Part shown: piece after piece, positions 48,217 through 58,748 of the stretch
Layout: every line of letters starts with the position of its first letter
Position numbering within the stretch: the stretch's first letter is position 1
NCBI GenBank assembly: GCA_964467765.1
Contig: CAYXSS010000002.1
Coordinates: 1,310 to 65,309, forward strand
Direction of reading: 5' to 3'
DNA from: an uncultured Candidatus Saccharibacteria bacterium
GTDB taxonomy: Bacteria; Patescibacteriota; Minisyncoccia; UBA6257; 2-01-FULL-56-20
DNA length: 64,000 bases
The notes under the pieces: generated by a model
Databases searched by the model: none
Told to the model about the DNA's origin: nothing
What the model saw: the letters and a program-made list of their open reading frames with translations, nothing else
Translations under genes and position numbers: made by a program

Positions 48217-48498
48217 ATGAAGATTGCCGCAGTTGTAATTTTATCCGCCGTTCTTTTGCTGGTGGGCGTACAGATTTATTCGTTTTTGAAACGCCGCGCC
48301 GAGCTTTCCTTGGAATTTTCCGATATCAGCGCAAAACTGAATCGGGCGAAGCTGGAACAAGAAAAATTCCGCGCCGAGCTGGATTATTATTTGAACCCTG
48401 CGAACTTGGAAAAAGAACTCCGTGCCCGTTTTAATTACAAAGCTCCCGGAGAAAAGTTGTTGATTATCGTGCCCAAGGGCAACAGCACCAGTGAATAG
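48217..48498 (+). CDS. FtsB/DivIC-like septum-formation coiled-coil protein
   Basis: One TM helix followed by a short coiled coil. It is small. Confidence 0.3.
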   Translation: MKIAAVVILSAVLLLVGVQIYSFLKRRAELSLEFSDISAKLNRAKLEQEKFRAELDYYLNPANLEKELRARFNYKAPGEKLLIIVPKGNSTSE

Positions 48499-48567
48499 GT
48501 CAGGGTTTTTATTGAAAATAAAACCGCTCGCTTCGCCGAATCGAAGCTGGAAGTCGAAAATTTTTTT

Positions 48568-49143
48568 ATGTCTCGTTATCGCATCTACATTATTTTCTTG
48601 ATTATAGTTTCCGTCGGCCTTAGCGGACTGTTTTTGGTTTCCCGCGGTTATTATCCGATCGCCCTTGTCGACGGAGAATTTGTCAGTGCTCGCAGGTTTG
48701 TTGACGATTATAACGCCGCGCTGCTTTATTACAACAACTTCCTTAAAACCTATAAGCCGAACGCCGAAGAAAGCGAAAAAATTTCTCCGTCTGATTTACA
48801 ACTTGCCGTAATCGGCAACATAATCGAACGGGTTTTAATTTCTCATGCCGCGCGCAAAGAGGCGGGAAGCGACTTGGATGTTTTGATTGCCGGCAAAATA
48901 GATAAATATCTTGGCGATCCTCAGTTGGCGCAGGCAGCCTCCGCGCTTTACGGGTGGAACATGGAAGATTTCAAAAAAAACGTTTTGGTTCCTCAAGCGG
49001 AACGCGAAATTTTGCTGGGACGTTTTTTCCTGCGCGCGCAAAATTTCGAAACTTGGTTTTCGGAAACGAAACGCTCGGTGACCGTATACATTTTTTCGCC
49101 GAGATTTGAATGGAACGGGGAAGCAGTAGTCAGAAAAACCTAA
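48568..49143 (+). CDS. membrane-anchored hypothetical protein (SurA-N-like?)
   Basis: An N-terminal TM helix. The chaperone-like assignment is weak. Confidence 0.35.
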   Translation: MSRYRIYIIFLIIVSVGLSGLFLVSRGYYPIALVDGEFVSARRFVDDYNAALLYYNNFLKTYKPNAEESEKISPSDLQLAVIGNIIERVLISHAARKEAGSDLDVLIAGKIDKYLGDPQLAQAASALYGWNMEDFKKNVLVPQAEREILLGRFFLRAQNFETWFSETKRSVTVYIFSPRFEWNGEAVVRKT

Positions 49144-49186
49144 GCATTCCGGTTCCGTTTAAGGGGTGTTATAATTTATTGGGTTT

Positions 49187-50713
49187 ATGATTAACGCTTC
49201 TTTGGGCGCAAAAAAAGATAATGTAATGTCTGGTGAGACAGCAGCGGAGCTTAGTCGTGAAGAACGCCTGGCAATCGAGAAATTTTTTTTGGAAAAAGGG
49301 CTGCCGCTTGATACGGCGGTTACGTTCAGCGACGTCACGCTTCCGGAGGGTTATTCCGACATCCGTTCGCGTTCCGAAATATCGGACTTTTCCGGTCTGA
49401 TTGCTCCGGGTCTGAAGCTGTCCATTCCCATCGTTTCCGCCAACATGGAATCCGTTACCGGTCTTGAGCTTGCCGTGGCGTTGGAACGGGAAGGCGGACT
49501 GGCTTTTTTCCCGCAGACATTGCCCATAGCCGAGCGCCTGGAGCTTGTCGAGCGCATCGGCCGCGTTGACTCGGCATTTATCGAACATCCGCTTACAATA
49601 AGGCCAGAGAAAAATTTGGGCGAAGCAAGAAATCTCATGTCGCGTTTCGGCGTCAAAAGTTTGATTGTTACGGACGAAAGCAAAAAAGTCGTCGGTATTC
49701 TCTCCAAGCGGGATTGGTTTTACGAAAACGACGACAAAAAAACAGTCGGCGACTTGATGACTAAGCGCGTTATCACCGCTCCGAGAAACATTCATTTTGA
49801 CAAAGCGGCAGAAATTTTACGCAAACACAAAATCGAAAAATTGCCTCTCGTCGGCCGCCAAGGCGGATTGGCCGGCCTTATTACGGCGAACGGCCTTTTT
49901 TATAAATATCGCCATCCGCGAGCGATGCGCGACGAAAAGGGCAGATTCTTGCGTGCCGGTTCGATTGGCGTTGGCCAGACTTTCGATGAAAAACATTTAA
50001 AAGAAGTCGAATCGCAGGCCGGTGCCGGCATCTCCGTTCTTTTGATAGACACGGCTCGCGCTTTTTCCGTTAACACCGAAGAAGCTTTGCAAGAAATCAA
50101 AAAGAGATTTCCTCGCCTGCCTCTTGTTGTCGGCAATGTTTCGAGCGCCGAAGGGGCAAAGCGGCTTTTCGAACTCGGAGCGGATGTTGTCAAGGTCGGC
50201 CAGGGTCCGGGGTTTGCCTGCCGCACGCGGGCAGTGGGCGTGGGCACGCCTCAACTTACGGCTGTTGCCGAATGCGCCGTAATTGCCAATCGTTTCGGTA
50301 AAACGATTATTGCCGATGGCGGCATAAAAAGTCCTGGCGATTTGGCGAAGGCGCTCGTTGCCGGAGCGCGGGCGGTGATGCTCGGCAATATGCTTGTGCG
50401 CGCTAGGGAATCGGCGGCGCCGATTTTCATTGACGAAGAAAACAGGCCTGTTAAAAACTATGCCGGTTCGGCTTCTTTTGCCGCTCAGTGGGAAAGATTG
50501 CGGCGCGGCGATCTTGCGCGCATCAGGCGCCCGGAGGGCGTAACGCAAGTGGTTCCCGTAACCGGTACGGTAAAGGAAATCGTCGATGATCTTATCCACG
50601 GTTTAAGTTCGACCATGGCCTATTTGGGCGCAAGGAATATGGAGGAGCTTCGCGCAAAAGGAAAATTCGTTTTCCAGACCCATGCCGGCCACGTTGAAGG
50701 GGTTAAAAAATAG
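49187..50713 (+). CDS. guaB: IMP dehydrogenase / GMP reductase family protein with a CBS pair
   Basis: A TIM-barrel IMPDH profile (IADGGIKSPGDLAKALVAGA), an active-site Cys loop (GQGPGFACRTR) and an inserted CBS pair. Confidence 0.8.
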   Translation: MINASLGAKKDNVMSGETAAELSREERLAIEKFFLEKGLPLDTAVTFSDVTLPEGYSDIRSRSEISDFSGLIAPGLKLSIPIVSANMESVTGLELAVALEREGGLAFFPQTLPIAERLELVERIGRVDSAFIEHPLTIRPEKNLGEARNLMSRFGVKSLIVTDESKKVVGILSKRDWFYENDDKKTVGDLMTKRVITAPRNIHFDKAAEILRKHKIEKLPLVGRQGGLAGLITANGLFYKYRHPRAMRDEKGRFLRAGSIGVGQTFDEKHLKEVESQAGAGISVLLIDTARAFSVNTEEALQEIKKRFPRLPLVVGNVSSAEGAKRLFELGADVVKVGQGPGFACRTRAVGVGTPQLTAVAECAVIANRFGKTIIADGGIKSPGDLAKALVAGARAVMLGNMLVRARESAAPIFIDEENRPVKNYAGSASFAAQWERLRRGDLARIRRPEGVTQVVPVTGTVKEIVDDLIHGLSSTMAYLGARNMEELRAKGKFVFQTHAGHVEGVKK

Positions 50714-50742
50714 GCCGATTTTTCTCGTGCGGATGGCATAGC

Positions 50743-50772
50743 CCCGCTACTTGCGGAAAGCGGGTATTTTTT
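50743..50772 (+). terminator. rho-independent terminator
   Basis: cccgct/agcggg stem followed by tatttttt. Confidence 0.5.
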
Positions 50773-50820
50773 GTTACGATGTAGGTAGAATTTTACAATC
50801 TTGTTTTGCTGGAGGAGAAA

Positions 50821-53760
50821 ATGTCGACGGAGCAGAAATTCTCCGCTGAGCAGGTGGAAAGAATAAAGAAACTTTTCGAGGAATCCCAGGAGGATACGAA
50901 CAAGTTCCGCGAGCTTGTTGAAGCGGACGAAGAACTGAAATCTTTTTCGTGGGAAGACGTGAGAACCAAGGCCGAAAACCTCCGCTTATTGAAGCGGTTG
51001 GCGAAGCTTTATAAGGAACTGGAAGAAAAACTGGCCAAGCGCGTTGCCGAAAAGGCATTAATCGAAGTCGGCGCGGAAAAACTTTTCGAGGAGTTCTGCA
51101 AAGAAGTTCCGGACAAAGAAGAGCCGCCAAGCTTCTTAAGAGATCTCGAGGTTTTTGTTGCCAAGGCGGAAGAAGTTGTCTGGACGAAAGAAACTCTTGA
51201 GGCCCTGGAGCAGGCCATGCGCCACGGCTTACCCGCCGAAACTTTTATTAAATACCACTCGCATATCCCGCAGAAATTCGTGGAAGAGAAAATGAGAAAA
51301 CTTCGCGGCATAAGCAGGGTTCAGAAATCAGCCGAATTCATCAGGGGCATAGGCAGAATTACCGATGTCAGCAAGATAGATTCCAAAAGCGTGATTCACT
51401 TCAAAAAGACCTCACGCAGGCGTCCTTACGAAACGGGCATCAAGCAATTGCGCTGGACCGCAAGCGTCATCAACGGCGCAAACATCGGCATCAAACACTC
51501 GCCGCTTATCGAGGAAAACCCCGTGCGTTGCGCGCTGGCCAATGCCCGCCGCAACGGAGATTCGCTCGTTATTCTTACCAACCTCATCGATCTCGACCTC
51601 AAGAAGGCCGGCGGTACGCCACAGGTGTATCGTTCGCAGATTTCCGGTTACAACACCAATGTGGAAATTCTTTCTCCCGAATACCAGCAGCGCGCCAAGG
51701 CCGTTCTAAGCGGCGAAGAAGAAGGATTGATTTATGAAAATCTCGCCGAGAAATTTTTAAACATTCTTTCCGGCTGGGAAAAGATTTTTATGCGTCCCGA
51801 CGGCAAACCTGAATTTACAGGAATCGTTTTGGGACTTCTCGGTCCGAAAGAGGACGAGTTCATCAAGACCGGCACCTATTGGGAGCTGCATCGTCTGACG
51901 ATACAGAGACAGAAGAAGCTGGACGTGGAAATTTCCATGGCCAAACACCAGCTTAAAGAAGCAATGGAATACGGCGCACCGGAAGAAGAGATCGAAGATC
52001 TTCAAAAAAACCTTGACAGGCTTATTGCCGAGAGAGACAAGACGCGCGTTTCTTTCCACCGGCCGGAGGATCTGCAGGATTACGAACGGCGAGTCCGCAC
52101 TTTCGTCGTCAAGATGCTCGAAGAAAAAATTCCCGGTCTCAAGATCATCGCCCAAAGAAAGGCTTATGTGAAAATCGGCGAGGAGACCGTGCTTTTCGAA
52201 ATACCGTTTAACATGGATGCCACCGACGGTTTGCTGGCCAATTTCTGCAACCACTACGGTCCGCGAGTTCTTCGCGGCGAGGTTCCAAAAACAGTTGTTA
52301 TTTGCCAGGCGCATTCGCCCAACTTCCGCATGACCGTTCGCGAAGTCGATGGCGGCGGCAGGCGCGGCGATGCAAGGATCTATGTTGCCCCGATTGCCAT
52401 TGATCAGAAATTTTTGCAATCCGAGTTGAATCAGGAAGCCAAGCCGGTCCATCAGCTCGAGAAAGCCATTTGGATGGGGCAATTCGAAGCAGGAGTTTTG
52501 CGTCTCAATTGCGCAAACGGCGTAGTCAATCCCGATCCCATGTCCGTTGCCGATCTGGTAAAAATGGAAGTCGGCTATGGCACCTACTTGGAAAATCTAG
52601 AAAAATGCCGCTATATCTGGACCTATCTGCCATCCGACCCTCACTGGGGCTGGGGCTGGAAAGAATTTGTTCACGATCCGGATAGCGGGCGCGAGCTCGG
52701 TATGTGCGAGGCAGCAATTGAGATGATGCGCCGCGCCGGGATTTGCGAGGAAGGGAAATTGCCGATACATTTTTTTGCCATTTGCGACGATCCGACGCAA
52801 GGCAACCACTTCCAGACGCAGCAGCAGCCACATCAGCACAAAATGCCGTTTCACAGAATCGAAGAGAGATGGCTTGCGGCCTTGCGAGCCGCCAAAGAAG
52901 GCGATGCGGAAAAGAGGCTCGAAATCTTGAGGGAAATGAAGCGCCTCAATCTGTACCAATTCGGCGTTCGCGGCGAACACTGGACGCAAGACCAGCTGGA
53001 GCAGGTTATCGAGCGTCACCTTGAGCCGAATACAGACTTTTTCCTTGCTTTGCTCGCAAGCGCCAAGAGGGCCGGACTTGTTCTGCGGCCCGTGAGCGAC
53101 TTTACCGACACCGACCATTTTCCGCCCGGTACTCCGGATAAAAGGGATATCGGCATCGTCAATTTCTCTACCGGAAATCACTTTGCCGCCACCGTCAACA
53201 AGGAAATTATGGAAGGCGCGATTTATGCCAAGATGCTGCGGCTCATGCTTCGCGCCCATCCCGACTGGAAAGACAAAAACGAACTGCTGGAAAAACTTGT
53301 CACTGCGCCCACTTACGGCAACATCACCGTTGGCTGGGGTACGATTTCCGTCCCTGGCGGCTACGAGTGGGGTATCGAAGTGCGCAATAAACCGCCGCGC
53401 CTCTCAAGTTGGGGAGACACGCTCCTTGGAGCGGTTCGCAACGACGAGCAGCGTGGCAACTACTCGCGCATTTTCGACAAGCGCATGACTCTCAAATGCT
53501 ATGGCGACAAGCATTTCTTCGGCGCCGTACGCACCGGACACACTTTTTATTTTATGGCCGCGCCCGGAGTGCCAACCGAGGTTTACGGCGAACTTGGTTT
53601 TCCGCCGAATAATACCGGCGTCTCATTTGTCGGTCTGCCAGCGGGCGGTCCTACGAGCGGTCCGATCCTCGTCCGCACGCTGACATTCAGTCAGATTCGC
53701 GACTACTTCAAGAAGCCGTACAAGTTCGACTGGGAAGCTTTTCTCCCCGATCCGGCATAA
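50821..53760 (+). CDS. large (about 980 aa) uncharacterised protein
   Basis: An SD (GGAGGAG) before the ATG. The N-terminus is Glu/Lys-rich and predicted helical. No recognised catalytic motifs were found. Confidence 0.55.
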   Translation: MSTEQKFSAEQVERIKKLFEESQEDTNKFRELVEADEELKSFSWEDVRTKAENLRLLKRLAKLYKELEEKLAKRVAEKALIEVGAEKLFEEFCKEVPDKEEPPSFLRDLEVFVAKAEEVVWTKETLEALEQAMRHGLPAETFIKYHSHIPQKFVEEKMRKLRGISRVQKSAEFIRGIGRITDVSKIDSKSVIHFKKTSRRRPYETGIKQLRWTASVINGANIGIKHSPLIEENPVRCALANARRNGDSLVILTNLIDLDLKKAGGTPQVYRSQISGYNTNVEILSPEYQQRAKAVLSGEEEGLIYENLAEKFLNILSGWEKIFMRPDGKPEFTGIVLGLLGPKEDEFIKTGTYWELHRLTIQRQKKLDVEISMAKHQLKEAMEYGAPEEEIEDLQKNLDRLIAERDKTRVSFHRPEDLQDYERRVRTFVVKMLEEKIPGLKIIAQRKAYVKIGEETVLFEIPFNMDATDGLLANFCNHYGPRVLRGEVPKTVVICQAHSPNFRMTVREVDGGGRRGDARIYVAPIAIDQKFLQSELNQEAKPVHQLEKAIWMGQFEAGVLRLNCANGVVNPDPMSVADLVKMEVGYGTYLENLEKCRYIWTYLPSDPHWGWGWKEFVHDPDSGRELGMCEAAIEMMRRAGICEEGKLPIHFFAICDDPTQGNHFQTQQQPHQHKMPFHRIEERWLAALRAAKEGDAEKRLEILREMKRLNLYQFGVRGEHWTQDQLEQVIERHLEPNTDFFLALLASAKRAGLVLRPVSDFTDTDHFPPGTPDKRDIGIVNFSTGNHFAATVNKEIMEGAIYAKMLRLMLRAHPDWKDKNELLEKLVTAPTYGNITVGWGTISVPGGYEWGIEVRNKPPRLSSWGDTLLGAVRNDEQRGNYSRIFDKRMTLKCYGDKHFFGAVRTGHTFYFMAAPGVPTEVYGELGFPPNNTGVSFVGLPAGGPTSGPILVRTLTFSQIRDYFKKPYKFDWEAFLPDPA

Positions 53761-53810
53761 GGACGCAAAGTTTTGCCGAAGCAAATCGCGTCCCAAGATA
53801 AAAAATTAAA

Positions 53811-53836
53811 GCTCCGCTTCCAGCGGAGCTTTTTCT
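53811..53836 (+). terminator. rho-independent terminator
   Basis: gctccgc/gcggagc stem followed by ttttt. Confidence 0.55.
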
Positions 53837-53896
53837 TGCAAAACCTTTTTCTTCGTGCAATAATTACACCAGAAAAATTTACAAGAGAAAAATGTT

Positions 53897-54517
53897 ATGA
53901 AAGTCCACCCGCTGCTTTTTCTCGATCTTGAAACGACCGGCCACGACCCGCTAAAGCGTGTAGGCCAAAACCTTGTTCCTTGGCACGAAATCATAGACAT
54001 CGGAGGGATTCTGGTCGATCCGGAACGGCTATCGGTTGTCGCGGAGTTCGAGAAAAAAGTGATGCCGGCGCATGCGGAGCGCTGCCTTCCCGATCTGGTC
54101 AACCGCTACCGGGAAAGAGCCGCTCGCGGCGAATGGCTTACGGGAACAATTCTTCCCGTGGCCATCCACAAACTTCTTTGGTTTGCTGGCAGCACGGGGG
54201 AGACGGCGATACTTTTAGGACAAAACTTCTTTTTCGACTGGAATTTCCTCTCCGTCGCTTTCGCCGCTTGCGGCATCGAAGAGTCGGAATGGAAGAAGTT
54301 TCTGCATTATACGCGCCTCGATGTCCGTTCCATGGCCGCACAAGCGCTCTTGGGACCGGGTGAAGTCTACGACCCCGACGAATTCAGCATGCGCAATGGC
54401 AGGTTGCTCAAGCGGCTTGGTATCGACCCGGAGCCTGAGGTGCACGAAGCCATCAATGGCGCGCGCAAGTCGTTTGAGGTTTACAGAAAACTTCGCGAGC
54501 TTAGAGCCGATCGATAA
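53897..54517 (+). CDS. DnaQ-like (DEDD) 3'-5' exonuclease domain protein
   Basis: Exo I (LFLDLETTG) and Exo II-like (GQNFFFDWNFL) motifs. Motif III is degenerate (HEAINGA). Confidence 0.55.
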   Translation: MKVHPLLFLDLETTGHDPLKRVGQNLVPWHEIIDIGGILVDPERLSVVAEFEKKVMPAHAERCLPDLVNRYRERAARGEWLTGTILPVAIHKLLWFAGSTGETAILLGQNFFFDWNFLSVAFAACGIEESEWKKFLHYTRLDVRSMAAQALLGPGEVYDPDEFSMRNGRLLKRLGIDPEPEVHEAINGARKSFEVYRKLRELRADR

Positions 54518-54621
54518 GACGCGGATCCGCAAGGACCCGCTTTTTCTTTTGTGGATAAACCAATTTGCTTTTTGGAAAATTGCCGGTAAGATATTATCAG
54601 GATTATTGAAAAGGAGTCGTC

Positions 54622-55251
54622 ATGACCTTCGTGATTGAAGAGCCAACGAGAAGATTCTACTTTGCCCATCCGGTTAATGTTTACGGAAAGCCGTTAGAAG
54701 AGGCGATAATCGCTCTTATAGAATCGGTTTTTCCGAACGATGTTGTTGAGAACCCCAATCAACCGCATCATCAAGAGGGTTATACAAAGTATGCCGAAAG
54801 AGCAAAGCAAAGCAGCACCAAGCACAAAGGAATGAATTATTTCTACGACGAAGTTCTACCGCATTGCGATGGTTGCGTGGCCGTGCCTTTCCTTGACGGT
54901 AAAATGGGCCTTGGTGTCGCAGGCGAAGTGAGATGGTTTGTAAAAAGAGGCTTGCCGGTCTATGTCGCAACTCCCGCGAAAGCCGATATAACCGCGGAAG
55001 ATATAGAAAATTTTATCGCAAATCCATTGAGCGGATTGTTTGCAATCGGGCCGCTTTCAAAAGACCACAGAGTCGATTTTCTTTCCTGGAGCGAGGAAAA
55101 AGAAGAGAGTGAAAAGACGCGCCCGCAGTTTGTCGTGCCGCATCTCGAAACTCGCCTGCGTACTTGGTTGGTTTACAATCGCCAATACCGGCCGTACGAG
55201 GAGGCCCATCTCGTTTCTATGCCTGAGCCGCCGGGATTTTATCCCGAATGA
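54622..55251 (+). CDS. hypothetical protein, possibly SLOG/NDT-fold
   Basis: FYFAHPVNVYG and GLGVAGEVRWFVKRGLPVYV recall the NDT/SLOG Rossmann-like motifs. The match is weak. Confidence 0.35.
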   Translation: MTFVIEEPTRRFYFAHPVNVYGKPLEEAIIALIESVFPNDVVENPNQPHHQEGYTKYAERAKQSSTKHKGMNYFYDEVLPHCDGCVAVPFLDGKMGLGVAGEVRWFVKRGLPVYVATPAKADITAEDIENFIANPLSGLFAIGPLSKDHRVDFLSWSEEKEESEKTRPQFVVPHLETRLRTWLVYNRQYRPYEEAHLVSMPEPPGFYPE

Positions 55252-55366
55252 TAAGCAAGGCCGCAATTTCAACGCCGAGGCGATTATGCCCCGGCTTTTT
55301 TCTTGCTTGCAAATGCCCGGCCTACTATAATGAAACCAGATATTTTTAAGTTGAGAGGAGGGGAAG

Positions 55367-57955
55367 ATGAGCTGCAAGAAAGAGAAAAACATCGTAGATA
55401 TGAGCGGCCGCACGGTTATTTTAAGCTTGGAAAATTTTGTTCACTTCCCGCATTTTATTTTGCACATCTCCCTGAACGGAGAAACATTCAAGCGAATCAA
55501 AGACAATGTTTTTGTCGTTGCCAACCCGGTTTTAGGCGAAAAGATTTCTGCTGTTGACAAGGGAGTTCTTGCCGTCGTCACAGAAGACAGGCCGGAAGGA
55601 AAAAGCATGCGCTACGTCGTCGCCGAACTTGTTGCGAGAGTGAAAATATCCGATGTTCAGGAACACGGCCTTGGCAAGAAAAATATTTGCGACTGCCATG
55701 CCGTGCCGATAGTCGAGAACAAAATTTCCGAAGAACGTTGGGAAAGCGGGGAATTTCGAGGACTCGTCGATGGTCTGATGAAATCTTTATTTTCACTCGT
55801 TTCCAGCGCCCGCGAAGCCAACGAAACCATAGTGGGTTGTTTTAAGGCCGAAGGGGACGTGGAAGGAATGGCTGAATATGTGGATCGGTTAAACAGGCTA
55901 TACATCGTCCTCAAGCGGTTTGAAAAACTTGACCGCGACGATTTTTCCCTGATGGTCGACGAAATGGCGGGCAATATCATGGAATGGCTGTTTATTGCGT
56001 CTCCCGAAAAAGAATTTGAGAAAGATTTTCTGCTTAAGATGCGCAACGTCCTTTTCGAAGAAGATTTGGAAAAAAGAGCCGTTCTGCTTAGCGAAGCCTT
56101 TAACCATGCCGCCAAAAATCTTATGGGCGTTATCGATCCCAACGGCGTTTTTCCGGAGATGGAAGACGAAGACGCTAATTACTCAATCGACGTGCCGAGA
56201 GACTTGCCCGACCATATCCGCAAGAAAGTGGAAAAAATTTTGGGCCGTGCCGATACGAATAGTATGGATGGCAGGGTAAATCAGGAATATGCCGAATGGC
56301 TCTGCCGTTTTCCTTGGAACAGGAAAACCGAGGATGAAAGCGATTTTAAAAAGATTCGCGAGCGGCTGGAAGCGGATCATGACGGCCTGGAAAATATCAA
56401 AGAGCGTATCGCCGAATTTATTGCCGTACGCAAGACCAAGGCCGATGCCAAGGCGCCTATCCTTCTTTTTGTCGGACCGCCAGGAGTCGGAAAGACTTCT
56501 TTGGGACAGTCGATTGCCAGCGCGCTGGGAAGAAAGTTTATTCGCCAGTCTCTGGCCGGCTTAAAAGACGAGGCCGAACTTCGTGGCCACCGCCGTACTT
56601 ACGTCGGCGCACTGCCCGGCATTATTATTCAGAGGCTCTGCGACGCCGCGTCTCGCAGCCCGGTTTTTATGCTTGACGAAGCTGACAAACTGGGAGAGCA
56701 CGGCAAAGACATTCCGGCGCACGCGCTTCTCGAAATTTGCGATCCTGAACAAAACGATTCTTTCCGCGACCACTACTTGGACGAGCCGGTTGATCTTTCC
56801 GAGGTTTTATTCATCCTTACGGCCAACACCGTTTTGACCATTGATGAGATGCTTTTAGACAGAGCGGAGATCATAGAATTTTCCGCTTACACCGAGGAAG
56901 AAAAGATCCGCATCGCGAGGCTTTACACAATCGGAAAGGTTTTGCGAGAATCGGGAATCGAACCGGAAAATCTGCGCAAACAAAATCTGCCGGTTTTCAC
57001 CGTTGAATTTACCTATCAGGCGCTTGAAGAGCTCATTGGCAAATATTCCGCAGATGCCGGCATGAGAGATACGGAACGCAACATCAAGAAAATCATTTCC
57101 AAAATACTCAAAGAAGTTCAGCAGGGAAACCTGGAAGATCTTCTTTCGGGTGCCAATGGCAACGGCGCAGATTTTAAGGAAAATGAGTTTACGGAAGAGA
57201 CGCGAGAATGCGCTCTTGAACCGCAAAAAGTTATAAGAGTCGGCATTCAGAGATTAAGAAAATTCTTGGGCGATCCGAAAAAAAGGGAGTGGATGCCAGA
57301 CTTGAATGATTTGCTGCCGGGAGTGATACCGATTCTTGTGGTAGATGGAAACGGACAGGGAAAAGTTAGCCGCGCCGAGGTGTCTTTCGGGCCGATAGGT
57401 CCGCAAGAAGGTCCGAAAATAAAAAGAACCGGGAATTTGCAGGATGTTATCAAAGAATCGGTGGGCGTTGCCTTGGATCGGCTGACGGAAGACGACTTCG
57501 GAGTGCTTAAGGGCAGGGACTTGAGAAAATTCATTCACGTCCATTTGCCGGACGGCGCAACGCCGAAAGACGGCCCTTCCGCCGGACTGGCAATCTTTGC
57601 GGCGATTTATTCCAGATTCATCAAAAAACCGGTTAAGCCGCTTTTCTCGGTAACCGGAGAAATCGCTCTCCGGAGCAGGGTTTGCTTGCCGGTTGGCGGC
57701 ATAGACGCAAAACTTATCGCCGCACACAAAGCCGGCATCAGGGAAGTAGCCATTCCTTTGGCAAACAAAATAGATCTCAAGAAAATTCCAAAAAACGCCA
57801 GAATTATCGGGCCGGAAGACTTGGGCGAAGGAAAGTCGTGGAAAGATTTTTCGCGCGAAGAAAAACAGGAAGGATCGTTTACGATTTATTGTGTTGAAAC
57901 GCCGGAAGACGTGCTGGAAATAGCTTTTCCGGACGATTACCCGCCTCAAAACTAA
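55367..57955 (+). CDS. lon: ATP-dependent Lon protease
   Basis: A Lon N-domain, an AAA+ module (LLFVGPPGVGKTSLGQSIA) and an S16 protease domain (PKDGPSAGLAIFAAIYS). Confidence 0.85.
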   Translation: MSCKKEKNIVDMSGRTVILSLENFVHFPHFILHISLNGETFKRIKDNVFVVANPVLGEKISAVDKGVLAVVTEDRPEGKSMRYVVAELVARVKISDVQEHGLGKKNICDCHAVPIVENKISEERWESGEFRGLVDGLMKSLFSLVSSAREANETIVGCFKAEGDVEGMAEYVDRLNRLYIVLKRFEKLDRDDFSLMVDEMAGNIMEWLFIASPEKEFEKDFLLKMRNVLFEEDLEKRAVLLSEAFNHAAKNLMGVIDPNGVFPEMEDEDANYSIDVPRDLPDHIRKKVEKILGRADTNSMDGRVNQEYAEWLCRFPWNRKTEDESDFKKIRERLEADHDGLENIKERIAEFIAVRKTKADAKAPILLFVGPPGVGKTSLGQSIASALGRKFIRQSLAGLKDEAELRGHRRTYVGALPGIIIQRLCDAASRSPVFMLDEADKLGEHGKDIPAHALLEICDPEQNDSFRDHYLDEPVDLSEVLFILTANTVLTIDEMLLDRAEIIEFSAYTEEEKIRIARLYTIGKVLRESGIEPENLRKQNLPVFTVEFTYQALEELIGKYSADAGMRDTERNIKKIISKILKEVQQGNLEDLLSGANGNGADFKENEFTEETRECALEPQKVIRVGIQRLRKFLGDPKKREWMPDLNDLLPGVIPILVVDGNGQGKVSRAEVSFGPIGPQEGPKIKRTGNLQDVIKESVGVALDRLTEDDFGVLKGRDLRKFIHVHLPDGATPKDGPSAGLAIFAAIYSRFIKKPVKPLFSVTGEIALRSRVCLPVGGIDAKLIAAHKAGIREVAIPLANKIDLKKIPKNARIIGPEDLGEGKSWKDFSREEKQEGSFTIYCVETPEDVLEIAFPDDYPPQN

Positions 57956-57958
57956 AAC

Positions 57959-57988
57959 AAGGAGCCGAAACAAAAGGCTCCTTTTATA
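57959..57988 (+). terminator. rho-independent terminator
   Basis: ggagcc/ggctcc stem followed by ttttataatt. Confidence 0.5.
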
Positions 57989-57997
57989 ATTAAGACG

Positions 57998-58648
57998 ATG
58001 GGCGAAAAACTACAAACCAACAAACAGCTTATCAAATTTTTGGTCGACGAAGGATATCTGAAATCGCGGCGCATAATCGATGCGTTTGAAAAAATTGATC
58101 GCGGAGATTTCGTTCCGGATAAATATATAAGCGAGGCGTACGCGAATTATCCTTTGCCTATCGGGCACGGCCAGACGATTTCCCAGCCCCTAACCGTGGC
58201 TTTTATGCTTGAACTTTTGGATCCGCGTCCGGAAGAAAAAATTTTGGAAATTGGCGCGGGTTCCGGCTGGCAAGCGGCGCTTCTTGCCCAAATTACTGGT
58301 CCCGAAGGGTTGGTGGTTGCCATCGAAAGGATTCCGGAGCTTGTCGAATCCGCAAAGGAAAACGTTCATAAATACGGTTTTCTAAGCGATGGCAGATTGA
58401 AGATTTTTAGAGCTGACGGTTCGAGGAGCGCTCCGCCGAAAGTTTTTCCGCAAGGCGGATTCGACAAGATTGTCGCCGCCGCGGCCGGAGATGAAATACC
58501 TAAAGCGTGGAAGGATGAATTAAAGATCGGCGGAAAAATTATAGCGCCGGTTTTAAACAGTATCGTCGTTTTGGAAAAGATTTCGGAAGAAAATTTTAAG
58601 AAAACGGAATACCCCGGATTCAGTTTTGTGCCCTTGATTAAGGGGTAA
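57998..58648 (+). CDS. pcm: protein-L-isoaspartate O-methyltransferase
   Basis: PIMT motifs (ISQPLTVAFMLELL, EIGAGSGWQAALLA). Confidence 0.85.
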   Translation: MGEKLQTNKQLIKFLVDEGYLKSRRIIDAFEKIDRGDFVPDKYISEAYANYPLPIGHGQTISQPLTVAFMLELLDPRPEEKILEIGAGSGWQAALLAQITGPEGLVVAIERIPELVESAKENVHKYGFLSDGRLKIFRADGSRSAPPKVFPQGGFDKIVAAAAGDEIPKAWKDELKIGGKIIAPVLNSIVVLEKISEENFKKTEYPGFSFVPLIKG

Positions 58649-58748
58649 ATCTTCACGACTTCCGTCTTCGGCAGCCGAATTTGACCCCCCAGGGAATAAA
58701 GAGTATTCTGCTTTTAGAACGCTTGAAACCCTATCAAGGGGGCAAGTT

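Noticed and set aside
49169-52482. Antisense ORFs 49169..49795, 49997..50599 and 51757..52482.
   Set aside because: They are embedded opposite guaB and the 984-aa gene and have no start signals.
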